DNA from: the human T2T-CHM13v2.0 reference genome, Homo sapiens
Strand: one strand, 5' to 3'
Assembly (NCBI RefSeq): GCF_009914755.1
Contig: NC_060930.1
Length of the DNA: 64,000 nucleotides
The notes under the pieces are model-generated. The model had not been told where the DNA came from, did not search any database, and worked only from the letters and a program-made list of their open reading frames with translations. Shown in pieces: positions 16,295-29,505 of the stretch (position 1 is its first letter; each line of letters starts with the position of its first letter). The translations under genes and the position numbers were made by a program.

Positions 16295-17518
16295 AATTGG
16301 TTTCTTAGCTATGACGCCAAAAACACAAGCCGCCAAAGAAAAAATAGGTAAATTGGACTTGATCCAAATTGTAAAATTTTGTGTTTCAAAGTACACTGTC
16401 AAGAAAGTGAAAAGACAGCCCGTAGAATGACAGGAATATTTGTAAATCGTATGTCTAATAAGGGTCTAATTCAGGATATATCCCTCTTGCAATTCAACAA
16501 TAAAAACATGACCCAATTTAAAAATGGGCAAAGAATTTGAATAGAAATTTCTTCTAAGAAGGTATACCAAAGGCCAGCAGGTACATACAAAGATGCTCAA
16601 CCTCATTAGCCATCTGGGAAATGCAATCATAACTACAGTAAGATAGAATTTCACACCCACTAGGATGGTTATTATAAAAAAGATGGACAAACACGTGTCG
16701 GTGAGGACGTGGAGAAATCGGAGCCCTCACAGACTGCTCATGGGAATGGGAAATGGTGCAGCCACTTTGGCAAACAGTCTGGCAGTTCTTCAAAGTTAAA
16801 CACAGAATTACCATGTGACCTGGCAAATTCTACTCCTAGGTCCATACCCAGGAAAACTGAAACATACGTCCCTACAAAAATATGTGCAAGAGTGATCACA
16901 GCAGCAATACTCACAGTAGTCAAAAAGTGGAGACAATCCAGATGTCCACGAACTGATGAAAAGATAAAGTGTGGCATATCCATATCCACATAATGGAGTG
17001 TTATCAGCTGTAAGGAGGAATGAAGTTCTGATAGATGCTACAACATGCGCCAGCCTTGAAAACATTAGGCTACGTGAAAGAAGCCAGACGCAGAGGCCAC
17101 ATGTGTCATTCCACACATATGAAGTTTCCACGGTAGACAGTTCTATGGACACAGCACATGGATTCCTGGTTGCCTAGGGCTGGGGGTGGGGCGACTGGGG
17201 GGAAGTGAGGAGTGACTGCTATGGGTAGAGGGCGTTTCTGGGAGGTGAGAAAGGTCTCTGAAAATTGCTTGTGATGGTGGTTGCACAACTTTGAGAATAT
17301 GGTAAAATTCATTGAATTATATACACTAAACGGGTGAACTTTATCATCGAATTATATACACTAAATGGGTGAACTTTCTCATTGAATTATATACACTAAA
17401 TGGGTGAACTTTCTCATTGAATTATATACACTAAATGGGTGAACTTTCTCATTGAATTATATACACTAATGGGTGAACTTTATGGCATATGGATTGTATC
17501 TCAATAAAGCTGTTGAAA
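16295..17518 (+). mobile_element. L1MB-type 3' fragment
   Basis: Degenerate ORF2 C-terminus and 3' UTR ending TATCTCAATAAAGCTGTT. Confidence 0.85.
17311..17483 (+). repeat. Minisatellite, 35-bp unit x ~5
   Basis: ATTGAATTATATACACTAAATGGGTGAACTTTCTC units start at 17311, 17346, 17381, 17416 and 17451. Confidence 0.95.
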
Positions 17519-18259
17519 ACTTTAAAGGAGACTTCTGGTTTACTTGTTTCCAGTCAGTTCCATGTGCCATTAACTACATCCAAAGGCTGTTTCAAGAAAA
17601 TTCCTCAAGTTGTTTAATTTCTCTACTTTCTTGTCCCATTGCCCCTAGCTTCCCCGGTCTGTCTGTCTGTCTGTCTGTCTGTTGTCTGTCTCTCCTTCTT
17701 GCTCTGGCTCTGGCTAGCACTCTGTTTCATCGCTGGCCTGCTGGCAATCACTGTGAAAGCCACATACCTCCCATCTGTTCTTTGCCCTTAGTGATTTTAC
17801 CAAAGTGAAAGGTTTTATGTGCTTTTGCTCACAAAGCCGCTTTTAGTCCCATCTGTTAAACCTTGGAATCTAGAAACAGTTCATGTTTCCAGTACTTTAA
17901 GACTTGGAAGTTTTGGACTTTCTCTGTTCATTTTTATGGCTGCTTGTTTCACACTGAATGACTCTTTCCTGAGACCACTTCTTCCTTGAAATACCTTGAG
18001 CAGTGCAGCCAACACATCCAAGTAACATCCAGTGGCACCCAGTTCTCCTATGTCCTGCCCTAGAGCTACGAGGACAGGTGGCACTTGGCCTGCCTTCCGT
18101 GTATTATAAGCAGTAGCTTTCCCAAACCTCTTCCTGCAGAGTATGGTAGAAGTTTGCCTTTCCTGCCTCCTCTAACAGATTCCTTGCCATGGGCTACTCA
18201 AAGCCACATATTTTAGATCGAGGTTAGGGCAGCTCCCCTCTTTTACGTCTCATTTCTGC

Positions 18260-18640
18260 ATTAATCAGGGCAATTACTGCAGCTGGTACATAAACCCTGA
18301 GATCTCAGCAGCTTAACACAACAAAGCTTTCTCCCTCACCCCAAATCCTGCCTGGGCTGCCCAGGGCTCACATTCCGGCAGTGACTCGGGGATTCTGACT
18401 CTACTTTCATGTTATCAGAGCTGTGGCCTCCCAGGTCCCTTGGGTGGGGGGAAGCGAGGACTGCAGATGGAACTTATCTTGATTGCCTCAGCCTGGAAGG
18501 GTCACGCACCATTTATGTCACCATTGGCCAGAACGTGTCTTGTGACTCCAGTGAGCACTCGGTGTCTGCCACAGGTGAGCTGGAGCACACCGGGCCGAGA
18601 GCTTTCAGCAGAACACGAGGTACCTGTGGGGAGGAGAAGA
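18260..18640 (-). mobile_element. MLT1 (MaLR) LTR fragment
   Basis: ATCTCAGCAGCTTAACACAACAAAG and CATTGGCCAGAAC motifs; diverged. Confidence 0.5.
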
Positions 18641-19477
18641 TGGAAATAGAGGCTTCTTGTTTAACCATAAGGATAGAGGAGGGTTGGACAGATCTGAGGA
18701 AGGAGAATGGAGGTGTCTCCATGACTCAGCACTCCCTGTGCCCTGCAGCCTTGTGTGAGGAGTGAGTGCCGAAATGATTAGCATAGTGGAGGCGCAGCTG
18801 GTCCTGAGTGGACACTGGTCAGGTCAGCTCCACATCCCCCTTTGCCTCTTGTCACAATATGCAATATTTGGGCAGTTTTAATTACAAGTTCCAAATGAGG
18901 AGCTGTAAAGAAGCAACTTAGCTAGAGGGAATGAGAATAAACATGTTGCAAATCTTTTCCCATTGGAAGGACATCATTCTGAGGGTGTCAGAAGTTTGAG
19001 ATGGGGATGGGATGAGCATGAGATCCTTCACGCTGTTTTGACCTAACAGTGGAAAGGACTGGGAGCAGAACGGAGCTGCCAGGTGTTTGCAGAGGAGAGA
19101 AGGCAGGGAGGTTGCTGCAGGGAAAGTGATAAAATGCTTTTTTTTTTCAGTCTTTTTTAAAGCCACATTTCCTGACCGCTTCCTTATGTCATTAGCTATG
19201 CACTGCTTTTCAGGATGGTCTTGGATCATGTCCATCCTATGACTACACTACGTTGACTTAGTCAAACTCCGATGGTCACACACTCTCATTGGTACCAGCT
19301 ATTTTTGTTTTTAAAGTGAGTTTTATTTGTCTTTAGAACACTTTTATTTGAGGGAAAGAAAGGCAAAAATTGCACAACCAATTCCTTTACCCTACAGCTA
19401 GTCTTCACATTTATCATTCTGTCCTATTTACTTCATAATTATATATTACGGCATTTTTGAAAGAAAAGGTCATAGTA

Positions 19478-19815
19478 CAGATGGTTTCCAACTTACGATG
19501 GTTCGACTTAATTCTTCAACTTTATGATGGTGCAGAAGTGATACGCATTCAGTAGAAACCAGCACTCCAAGTTTTGAATTTTGATCTTTTCCTGGGAAGC
19601 CATGTGCAGTGTGATGTGCCCTCTGCGTGTGGGCAGGGCCACCAGCACCAGCTCCCAGGCAGCTGCACCATCAGAAGGGCAGACAACCCATACGCTACGG
19701 TGTGCCCTGTTGCCAGCGTTTTCTGGATATTTTGTGTGTTCGCGTCCCATCATGTCTGCAAAATGATATTTTCAACTTACAATGGGTTGATTGGGACATA
19801 AGCCATTGTAATTTC
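19478..19815 (-). mobile_element. MER47-family (TcMar-Tigger) element
   Basis: TA-CAGATGGTTTCCAACTTACGATGGTTCGACTTA terminus; GATATTTTCAACTTACAATGGGTT...GGGAC near the other end. Confidence 0.75.
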
Positions 19816-19875
19816 TGTGCTAGGTAACCCTAGTAGCAACATCAATCTACTAATCCACCAATCAGTCACTTAACA

Positions 19876-20995
<1,120 letters not shown>

Positions 20996-22459
20996 CAGAG
21001 CCAGTTCCCATGCTGTGTTCAAGGTTCTGGGGATACAAAAAGAAAATAAAGCCAGGCCCCTGTTCTCGGGAAGTTCACTGTCTATGCAGAGGCCTCTCTA
21101 CTGACTCACAGGGCACCGACAGCAAGTACGCAGAGACCTGAAAGCAATGCAAGTTCATGGAAGGCTGAAAGAATTACAGAAGCAGTTCCGAAACCATAGA
21201 AATCATCCTCTCCGACTCCCTTTTAATTCATGAATCCTCTCTACGTCATTTCTTGTGAGTGATCCTGTGGTATTGGTTAAAATATCTCCAGTGGTGAAGA
21301 TAATAACTGAATAGTGCAGCACACACTCAGCTAACAAGGGGTTCGCTCTCACACTCTCCTCATGGTCTCTGCATAGCCCTGTAAGCCACACTTGGCTAAT
21401 GCCATAAGATATTCTTGGGTGGAGTTTGAATGCAAAAGGCTATAGCCTCTGGGGATGGGGGGGTACCCCAAGGTGTCACCCAACAACCCCTTGCTCCAGC
21501 TGCCTGAAGCTTCTGGATTCTCCCTGTCATTTCCCAGACTTGACTTTTAACCAGAAGACAGTGGGCACTAGAGGAAGGCACAGGCCAGGTCTCTCCTGGA
21601 GAATGCTATGGGGGTTTCTAAATGCACGATGTCATCATTTTCTGGAGTGGATAGAACCTGCTGTGCTAAGCTCGCCCCATCCCACCCTCCAGCCAGGTGG
21701 CGTGCGCATCTCCAGTTCACACAGACAGGTCTTACTGCAGGTAAGACCACCCTCATCCTGGGCCTCTCCACTTCCCTTAGCAACAGGAGTTAACATGGAG
21801 TCAGACATATTCAGGTGTTTCAGGGCTTAAGGTGGAGTCCTGACAACCTGGATGCTGTAGCTAAAACCTCCCCTCACTACTTCCGGAAGAAAAAGGTGGC
21901 CGGGCTCTGAGTACCATCCCTCTGTTGACAGCTTCCCATGGCCCAAGTCCTATCCTGATGCTTGCCAGAGACCCCTAGGCTCTGCATCCTGGCTCACCTC
22001 CATCTCCACAAGAAGCCCAGGGCTTCAGGGTCACCACCCCCATTCCCACGTGGCTTTCCCCTTCTCTGTTCTGCTTCCGAAAGCACAGGTGGATCTGCCG
22101 CAGCACGGAGGAAGCTTAGGCTACGGGCCCCTCGTGTTCACGTGTGCCTGCCAAGGCCAGGCCTTTTCTCTTCCAGGGCACAAAAAAGGAAGCAGCTGTG
22201 TGGGTGCTGGAGGCTGCTGAGCCTCTCAACAGCATGAAGTCTGCGCTCCACCATGACAGTTCATCCTTCGCACACCCTCAGCTCCCCTCCCCTGCTCTTG
22301 TCATCAAAATCACTTGGCTTAGGCCAACTCCAGCCTAATGTGTACCATCTAGCTGAAGATAGCTGGAGGACACTCAGCTAGTGGACCGGTCTTGCTTAGA
22401 TGTATGACTGCTGCTCTCCAGCGGACCCCAGACAGCCTCATCCACCCCACTCCCTTAGC

Positions 22460-22740
22460 TCCACCCAAACTTTGCTCCAAGGTCACCTTGTCAGCGAGGC
22501 CTTTCTTGATGGCCTTCCTGAAAATGCAGACCTCCCATCCTGGACGTTCTCACCTTCTTACCGCCTTGCCTTTTTTCCCTGTGTTCAACATTTACATCCT
22601 TTTTTCTTGTACTTATTCATTTTATTTCCCCCACTGAAATGTAGGCCATAGTTTGTTTAATAGTTTGCTCAGTGCCTGGAAAGGTGCCTGCTACGTATTA
22701 GGTGCTCAAACAAAGGATTTTGGAGAAAATGGATGAATGA
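22460..22740 (+). mobile_element. L2 3'-end fragment
   Basis: GTCACCTTGTCAGCGAGGCCTTTC...CAGTGCCTGG...TAGGTGCTCAAA...GATGAATGA. Confidence 0.6.
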
Positions 22741-22909
22741 CAGAATTGTGCTAAAATAAAGAGACCACCAGAGATGAAATGGTAAGCAAAGGCCCTGCAG
22801 TGCACCCTCCCGTTCAGACAGACAGAGGGACAAGAGTTGGCCTCGGATGCAGGCAGGGAGCCACTGGGCCACCTGAGTGGCAGATGACTGCAGGAGCCCC
22901 AGGACTTCA

Positions 22910-23351
22910 GGGAGGCAGGGTGTCCTCTAGACACGGGAGGGAGGTGCTGAAGCCGTGTTGGGGAGGCGGGTGGGGTGTCATGTAGACATGGGAAGGGAGG
23001 TGCTGAAGCCGTGTTGGGGAGGTGGGTGGGGTGTCCTCTAGACATGGGGAGGGAGGTGCTGAAGCCATGTTGGGGAGGTGGGTGGGGTGTCATCTAGACA
23101 CGGGGAGGGAGGTGCTGAAGCCGTGTTGGGGAGGCGGGTGGGGTGTCCTCTAGACACGGGGAGGGAGGTGCTGAAGCCGTGTTGGGGAGGCGGGTGGGGT
23201 GTCCTCTAGACACGGGGAGGGAGGTGCTGAAGCCGTGTTGGGGAGGCGGGTGGGGTGTCATCTAGACATGGGGAGGGAGGTGCTGAAGCCGTGTTGGGGA
23301 GGCGGGTGGGGTGTCCTCTAGACACAGGGAGGGAGGTGCTGAAGCCGTGTT
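22910..23351 (+). repeat. G-rich minisatellite, 56-bp unit x ~8
   Basis: Unit GGGGTGTCCTCTAGACACGGGGAGGGAGGTGCTGAAGCCGTGTTGGGGAGGCGGGT; the (C/G)TAG core recurs every 55-56 bp from 22927 to 23318. Confidence 0.97.
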
Positions 23352-23549
23352 AGGCCACAAGGGCAGCGATGTATTGCGAATGACATTTCAGCCTCTCTGA
23401 CTATTGAGATTCTTCTCTCTCTTGCTTTCCTACATCTACTACATCTGATAGAACAAAAGATGCATTATTTTTCCCAGAAAGAACTATAACAGAGAATGAC
23501 TCTGCATCCGGGGCCTGTGTGATGGGTGGAATGTTAACAATGGAAGGCT

Positions 23550-23919
<370 letters not shown>

Positions 23920-24045
23920 CTACTTAACGGCACACATAACTCGCATCAGAATAGGTTTTTGAATGATTTCCTTTGTTAATGCTAAGCAACACTTTATGCA
24001 CGGTGTGATGAGGAAGACACTTAACAAGGTCAAGGAAATGCTGGT

Positions 24046-24190
24046 AGAAAAGACCACACATCGGGTACAGTGTACATTGCTTGAGTGACGAGTGCACCAA
24101 AATCTCGGAAATTACCGCTAAAGAACTTATCCATGTAACAACAAACCACCCTTTTCCCAAGAACTATTGAAACAATCATAATAATAGTAA
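24046..24190 (+). mobile_element. Very short L1PB-type 3' end
   Basis: GGGTACAGTGTACATTGCTTG...GCACCAAAATCTC...AAAGAACTTATCCATGTAAC...AACTATTGAAA; homologous to 7360-7490 in this window. Confidence 0.85.
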
Positions 24191-26684
24191 GGCAGGTCCC
24201 CAGGTCTACCACTGGCAAGAGCGGATTATGGGCGCAGCCATACTGCTGCCTTCTAGCGGTGGAGTGAAGTATCACACACAATTTAACAAAGATGGGGCCT
24301 CACATTTGTTGTGGCTTTTTGTTTATTTTTTTTTTTTTGAAAAAGAGCAGACCACTTGTTGATAGGTAGAACATTTTATTTTAAAGTTTATTGTTAACAT
24401 AACCTGTGGCTCAAAATCAGTGGAGATATTGGTATTATATTAGGCAGATGCCCCCTGTTAATGGATTCGGTAAAGGAAATCAGCAACCGGGCTGCTGAGT
24501 GGAATTGTGTCCCCGCCCACCTGAATACATAATAAAGATTCTAGAAATCAAAAAGAGAAGCAAAGTGCTGGGAGCTATAATCAAACAAGACAAAGAATCT
24601 TCGTGGCCACAACCACAACATTCTACACATGTGAATATGAGATAAGAGAAACCTGGAGAATTTAGTAACTGTTGAAATGAAAACGTACTGGAAACAATTG
24701 GTAGCAATTTACAGATGGAGCCACCCTTTTGTTGCTACAGATTAGTAAGGAGAATTGAGCTATACTGAGCACAAAATATACCAGGTACATAGTAAGCTAA
24801 AATTATCAACTTTAACAACAAAAATATATGATGCTAGGACCTGCATTTTGGCCTTTCACAGATAGTAAACATGGCCAAAGTTCTTTTGCTACTTACTTAC
24901 ATCCTAAAAGCAAGAAAATAAAAAAAGTGAACTCCGAGAGACCCCAGTCTGTGCAGTTAAAAACTGCGGGGCATGAGGACGCACGCTGCAGAGGTGTGTT
25001 AGTGTGTTGTTCTGATTTATTGAAAGACCATCATTTCTAATTATGAGAAGAAATATTGTACCAGAAAAGAACCTCAAATGAAACGTATGCTCATGCTCAT
25101 GTGAAATGGGGGGAGGATGAGGATGGAGTGAAATATTTAACAGGTAAAGAGAGGCCCAGGCAACCTGTTGTGTTTTCTAAGACCTCAGCTCTGGTAGTCT
25201 GTGCCAAGTGTGTGGCGGATACACGGTAATTCAGGACAAGCTGAAGCCAGTTGTAGGCATCAGATGTGATTCTCTAAATGCGATTTAAGGGACTCAGGAA
25301 GGAGTGAACAGGTGGGTGCGAGCCTGGGCTTGTGGGGTGCCCCCCACAGGAAAAAGGAAGTGGCCGTCTTTGTCAGGCATGTGGGTGAGCGGTTACGACG
25401 TCATGGAATGCTGAAGATCTAGAGGTAGTGGTGAAATCCCTTCAACATGTGGAATTAGCAATGTCCCCAGCTCTATGGAGAAAGATTTATTGTGAGAAGG
25501 TAGTGATGGCTAAGGATACAATCAGGAGAAGCCCATGATGATGAAAGGGAGTCATCTGGAGTCTCACAGCAAGAGTGGATTTCCAGGAGGGTGGGTCCCC
25601 TGCTTTTGAAGAGGACTGTTTTCCATTCTTTTGGCATAAAGATAGAAATTTTTATAACTTTAAAAAACACACTTATTCTGCATATTATATATGTAGCTGT
25701 GATCGTAATTGAAATACCAGTTTCTGTTGGAATACAGGATTTTTTATTCTCTTTCCCCATTTGTATTAATTTTAGGGTTGCATTTGCTTTCAATCATGCA
25801 GAAGCATGACATTATACTTCCTTCAAAACTGTTTTTTTTTTTTTGCTGTTTTTTGTAAATATATATATATTTTTGCTTTACATATACTGAATCCTGTCCA
25901 GGAATTTGTTCATTCACAATTTTATTTTGGTGCTCATTTGTAAAAGTTTTACTGCTATATTTGCCTTTCATGTTTCACACTCAAAGAGTCAAAGTTATTT
26001 TATAATATGGCTTTTTAGTTCCCAGTATTTGCTAGATATGATGGTGTTATTTGCTCTCGCAGTGTCAGTGCCTAGCATTAGACCTAATTTTCCAGCAAAC
26101 GTGCTCTATTTTGTTACTCGGTACATGCCAATATGAACCACTATACTTTTTCTTTAGCTTTGTGATTTGACATTTTCCTTTTAGAGTTAATAAATTATAT
26201 CGCATGTGCACAACTTTAAAATCACTTTCAATGCAGGTTGAATGTTTTCAAAAAACTTTCTTGTACAATTGAAGGGCATTTGAATATGTCTGCACATTTT
26301 GTATAAAAGTTAATATGATGATTATAACAAATAATTGTTAAACTATGAGTATTGATTTCCCTGCAACCTGAAATTATCTAACTAGTGCAAACATAAATCA
26401 ATTGAATTATATTTATCTCAATGTGACGTTATCTTGATGTAGTTGGTTTGGCAATAATGAGATTGACAATGGAGAATTTGAGGGATTACAGACATTTTGT
26501 AGCCATTATGGCTGATATGAAAAACCAAAATATTAATTTATGAACACTACCTTGGGATTTCTGAATTCTTCCTTCTTTTTTCCAGGGAAATATTCACTTT
26601 ATTGACAAATTTAGATATGGAGAAAATAAAACACTTAGCTGATTTCAAATTTTCTAAGATTGTTAAGTTGCTCGGGAAATCTTA

Positions 26685-26991
<307 letters not shown>

Positions 26992-27574
26992 TGTATGACT
27001 ATTGCTGTCTTTTCTATTGGAAAATTTTTAAAGAATACAAATACTGAAAATAATAAAACCCAAAACTCAAGTGCTCACCTTTGAAGATTAACAAATGTGA
27101 ATGTGTTAAAAATATTTTCTTCAGATCATTCTTTACATAAAATAAATAAAGCGTTGTCAGTAAAGTCAAAGTCTTTTTCGTATTTTTCCCCTGCTAACCT
27201 ATTTTAATTGGAGAGGGAAAAGGGTGGAGGGGGAACAGCCCCTGATGCATTTGCAACTTCCAAATGTTCACGGAAGGTGCCGCAGACCGATGGTTATGTT
27301 AGAAACTGTCACTCGTGTCCTGTCCGCTTTAACTCTGCAGACTACTGGAAGAAAATCCGTCAAGTGGACGAGTGAGGCCTGGGAGCAGCTGAAACGCGGA
27401 GATGCTTCACATCTGATCCAAGCATTTGGATCCAACCCATTTTGCCACTCACTCGCTCTACTTAGGGTTTCCTCCGGAGCTGCTGGCAGCCCCACGTGGG
27501 TGTCAAACTTGGGCCTGGGATGATGTTCACTGGGAATCATAGGATTCAGAAATTCAAGTATTGGGATCAACGTA

Positions 27575-27680
27575 GCAAACCACCTTCATTTTACAGATGA
27601 GGAAGCCAAGGGCAGGAGAGTAAAGGAACATGTTTTCAGGACACACAATTAAGGCAGGAGTGAGCAAGACCTAATTCCAT
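27575..27680 (-). mobile_element. MIR fragment
   Basis: CATTTTACAGATGAGGAAGCCAAGG core. Confidence 0.55.
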
Positions 27681-27842
27681 CTGCCCCCTTTTCTTCCATC
27701 TCCTCCTCAATTCATCTCTTTTTCAATCAATCTGAACCAGAGCCAGTGATTTTAATATTCAGGCAGTTTCAAGACCATTCACTTTATAACCATTTTAAGA
27801 TGGAACTAAAATTCAAAAAATGTTTTATTCTGCCTGGTAATA

Positions 27843-28398
27843 GAACTGGTTCCTTCCAGTGGGTTCGTGGTCTCAGTGACTTCAACAACGGAGCCCCAAA
27901 CCTTCACGGTGAGTGTTACAGCTCTTAAAAATGGCACGGATCCAAAGCGTGAGCAGCAACGAGAGTTATTGTGAAAAGCAAAAAGAATAAAGCTTTCACG
28001 GTATGGGAGAGAACCCAGGGAGTTCGAGGTGTTGGCTGCCGGGGGGTGGCAAGCTTTTATACCCTTATTGGTCCCTGCCCATGTTCCGTTTTTGTCCTAT
28101 CATCCTATCAGAGTGCCCTTTTTTCAATCCTCCCTGTGATTGGCTACTTTTCGACTCCTGCTGATTGGTGCATTTTACAGAGTGCTGATTGGTGCATTTT
28201 GCAGAGCGCTGATTGGTGCATTTTGCAGAGCGCTGATTGGTGCATTTTACAATCCCCTTGCTAGCTACAGAACACTGATTGGTGCATTTTACAGTCCTAG
28301 CTACAGAGTGATTGGTGCATTTTACAATCCTCTTGTAAGACAGAAAAGTTCTCCAAATCCCCACTCCACCCAGGAAGTCCAGTTGGCTTCACCTCTCA
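27843..28398 (-). mobile_element. Solo LTR12-family (ERV9) LTR
   Basis: Minus strand begins TGAGAGGTGAAGCCAACTGGACTTCCTGGG; tandem AAAATGCACCAATCA units; U5-like TTCCTTCCAGTGGGTTCGTGGTCTC on the plus strand. Confidence 0.9.
28054..28323 (-). promoter_or_regulatory. LTR12 U3 promoter: CCAAT (NF-Y) array plus TATA box
   Basis: Six GATTGGTGCATTTT at 28163, 28187, 28211, 28235, 28277 and 28310; further ATTGG at 28139 and 28067; minus-strand TATAAAAG at 28061-28054. Activity is not shown by sequence. Confidence 0.65.
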
Positions 28399-28616
28399 GA
28401 ACCTCAGTTCTAAAAGAAAATGTTTCATAAAACAGCAGAAAGAAGTTCTTGGATATGAAATATCTTTTTCCAAGCAAGTATTAGGTGATTAAATGGTTAA
28501 CAGAGCAAAACTTTTCTGGATGTCATGGATGGCCTGCAAAATGCTCTTGGGGGCTGAAAAACAGTTATTTGTGTGGAAAGTGGCTGAATGCTCAATGCTA
28601 GAAAAAGAGTTTGTGC

Positions 28617-28912
<296 letters not shown>

Positions 28913-29431
28913 GAAAAACAATTTGTGCTGCTTGCTAATTCTAGAATGTCTCTATGCCCGTGGAAGAGGCTCCTCATGCCGGTCTTCTAAGAGAAGCCTA
29001 TGTGCGTCTTCATGCATTTTTCATTGACTTTCCTGTCCTTAACGTAGCCTTAAAGCAGGCCCTCACAGGCCAGAGGGTGGCTCTTCTGGGTCCTCACGAT
29101 GTCAGGAGGACACCTGCATTGTCTCACTTACTCTTCTCAACACCCTGAGTGTGTATACTATTTAGCAGAGTGCAAGCATTTGACAGACAACAGTCTAAGG
29201 GGAGCATTCCTTCAACATTAAAAACGACTCCTGCTCACCCACAACAGGTTTTGCGGTCATGGGTGTGTTATACCCTCTGATTAGGGTTGTGTGCTATGGA
29301 TTTGAAACCACTTTACACTAGCGATCTGGGCTACTGCTTATAATTTCACCACTGCACGATGCAACGTTGCTGCAATAGACAGGCTGGGGTGAGCCAGAAC
29401 TGGCACGATTGTGTGCAATTGAGAAGGCGAC

Positions 29432-29505
29432 TGTCTCATCTGTAAAATGGGACAATGACATCTTGCTTATTGTAAAAATTAGAGTTATTGTATGAAAAGC
29501 AGCCT
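29432..29505 (+). mobile_element. MIR fragment
   Basis: CTCATCTGTAAAATGGGACAAT core. Confidence 0.5.

Noticed and set aside
22910-23351. CRISPR-like array; the same was considered for 17311-17483, 28160-28323 and 55204-55317
   Set aside because: The units are head-to-tail with no unique spacers, there are no cas genes, and the context is eukaryotic.
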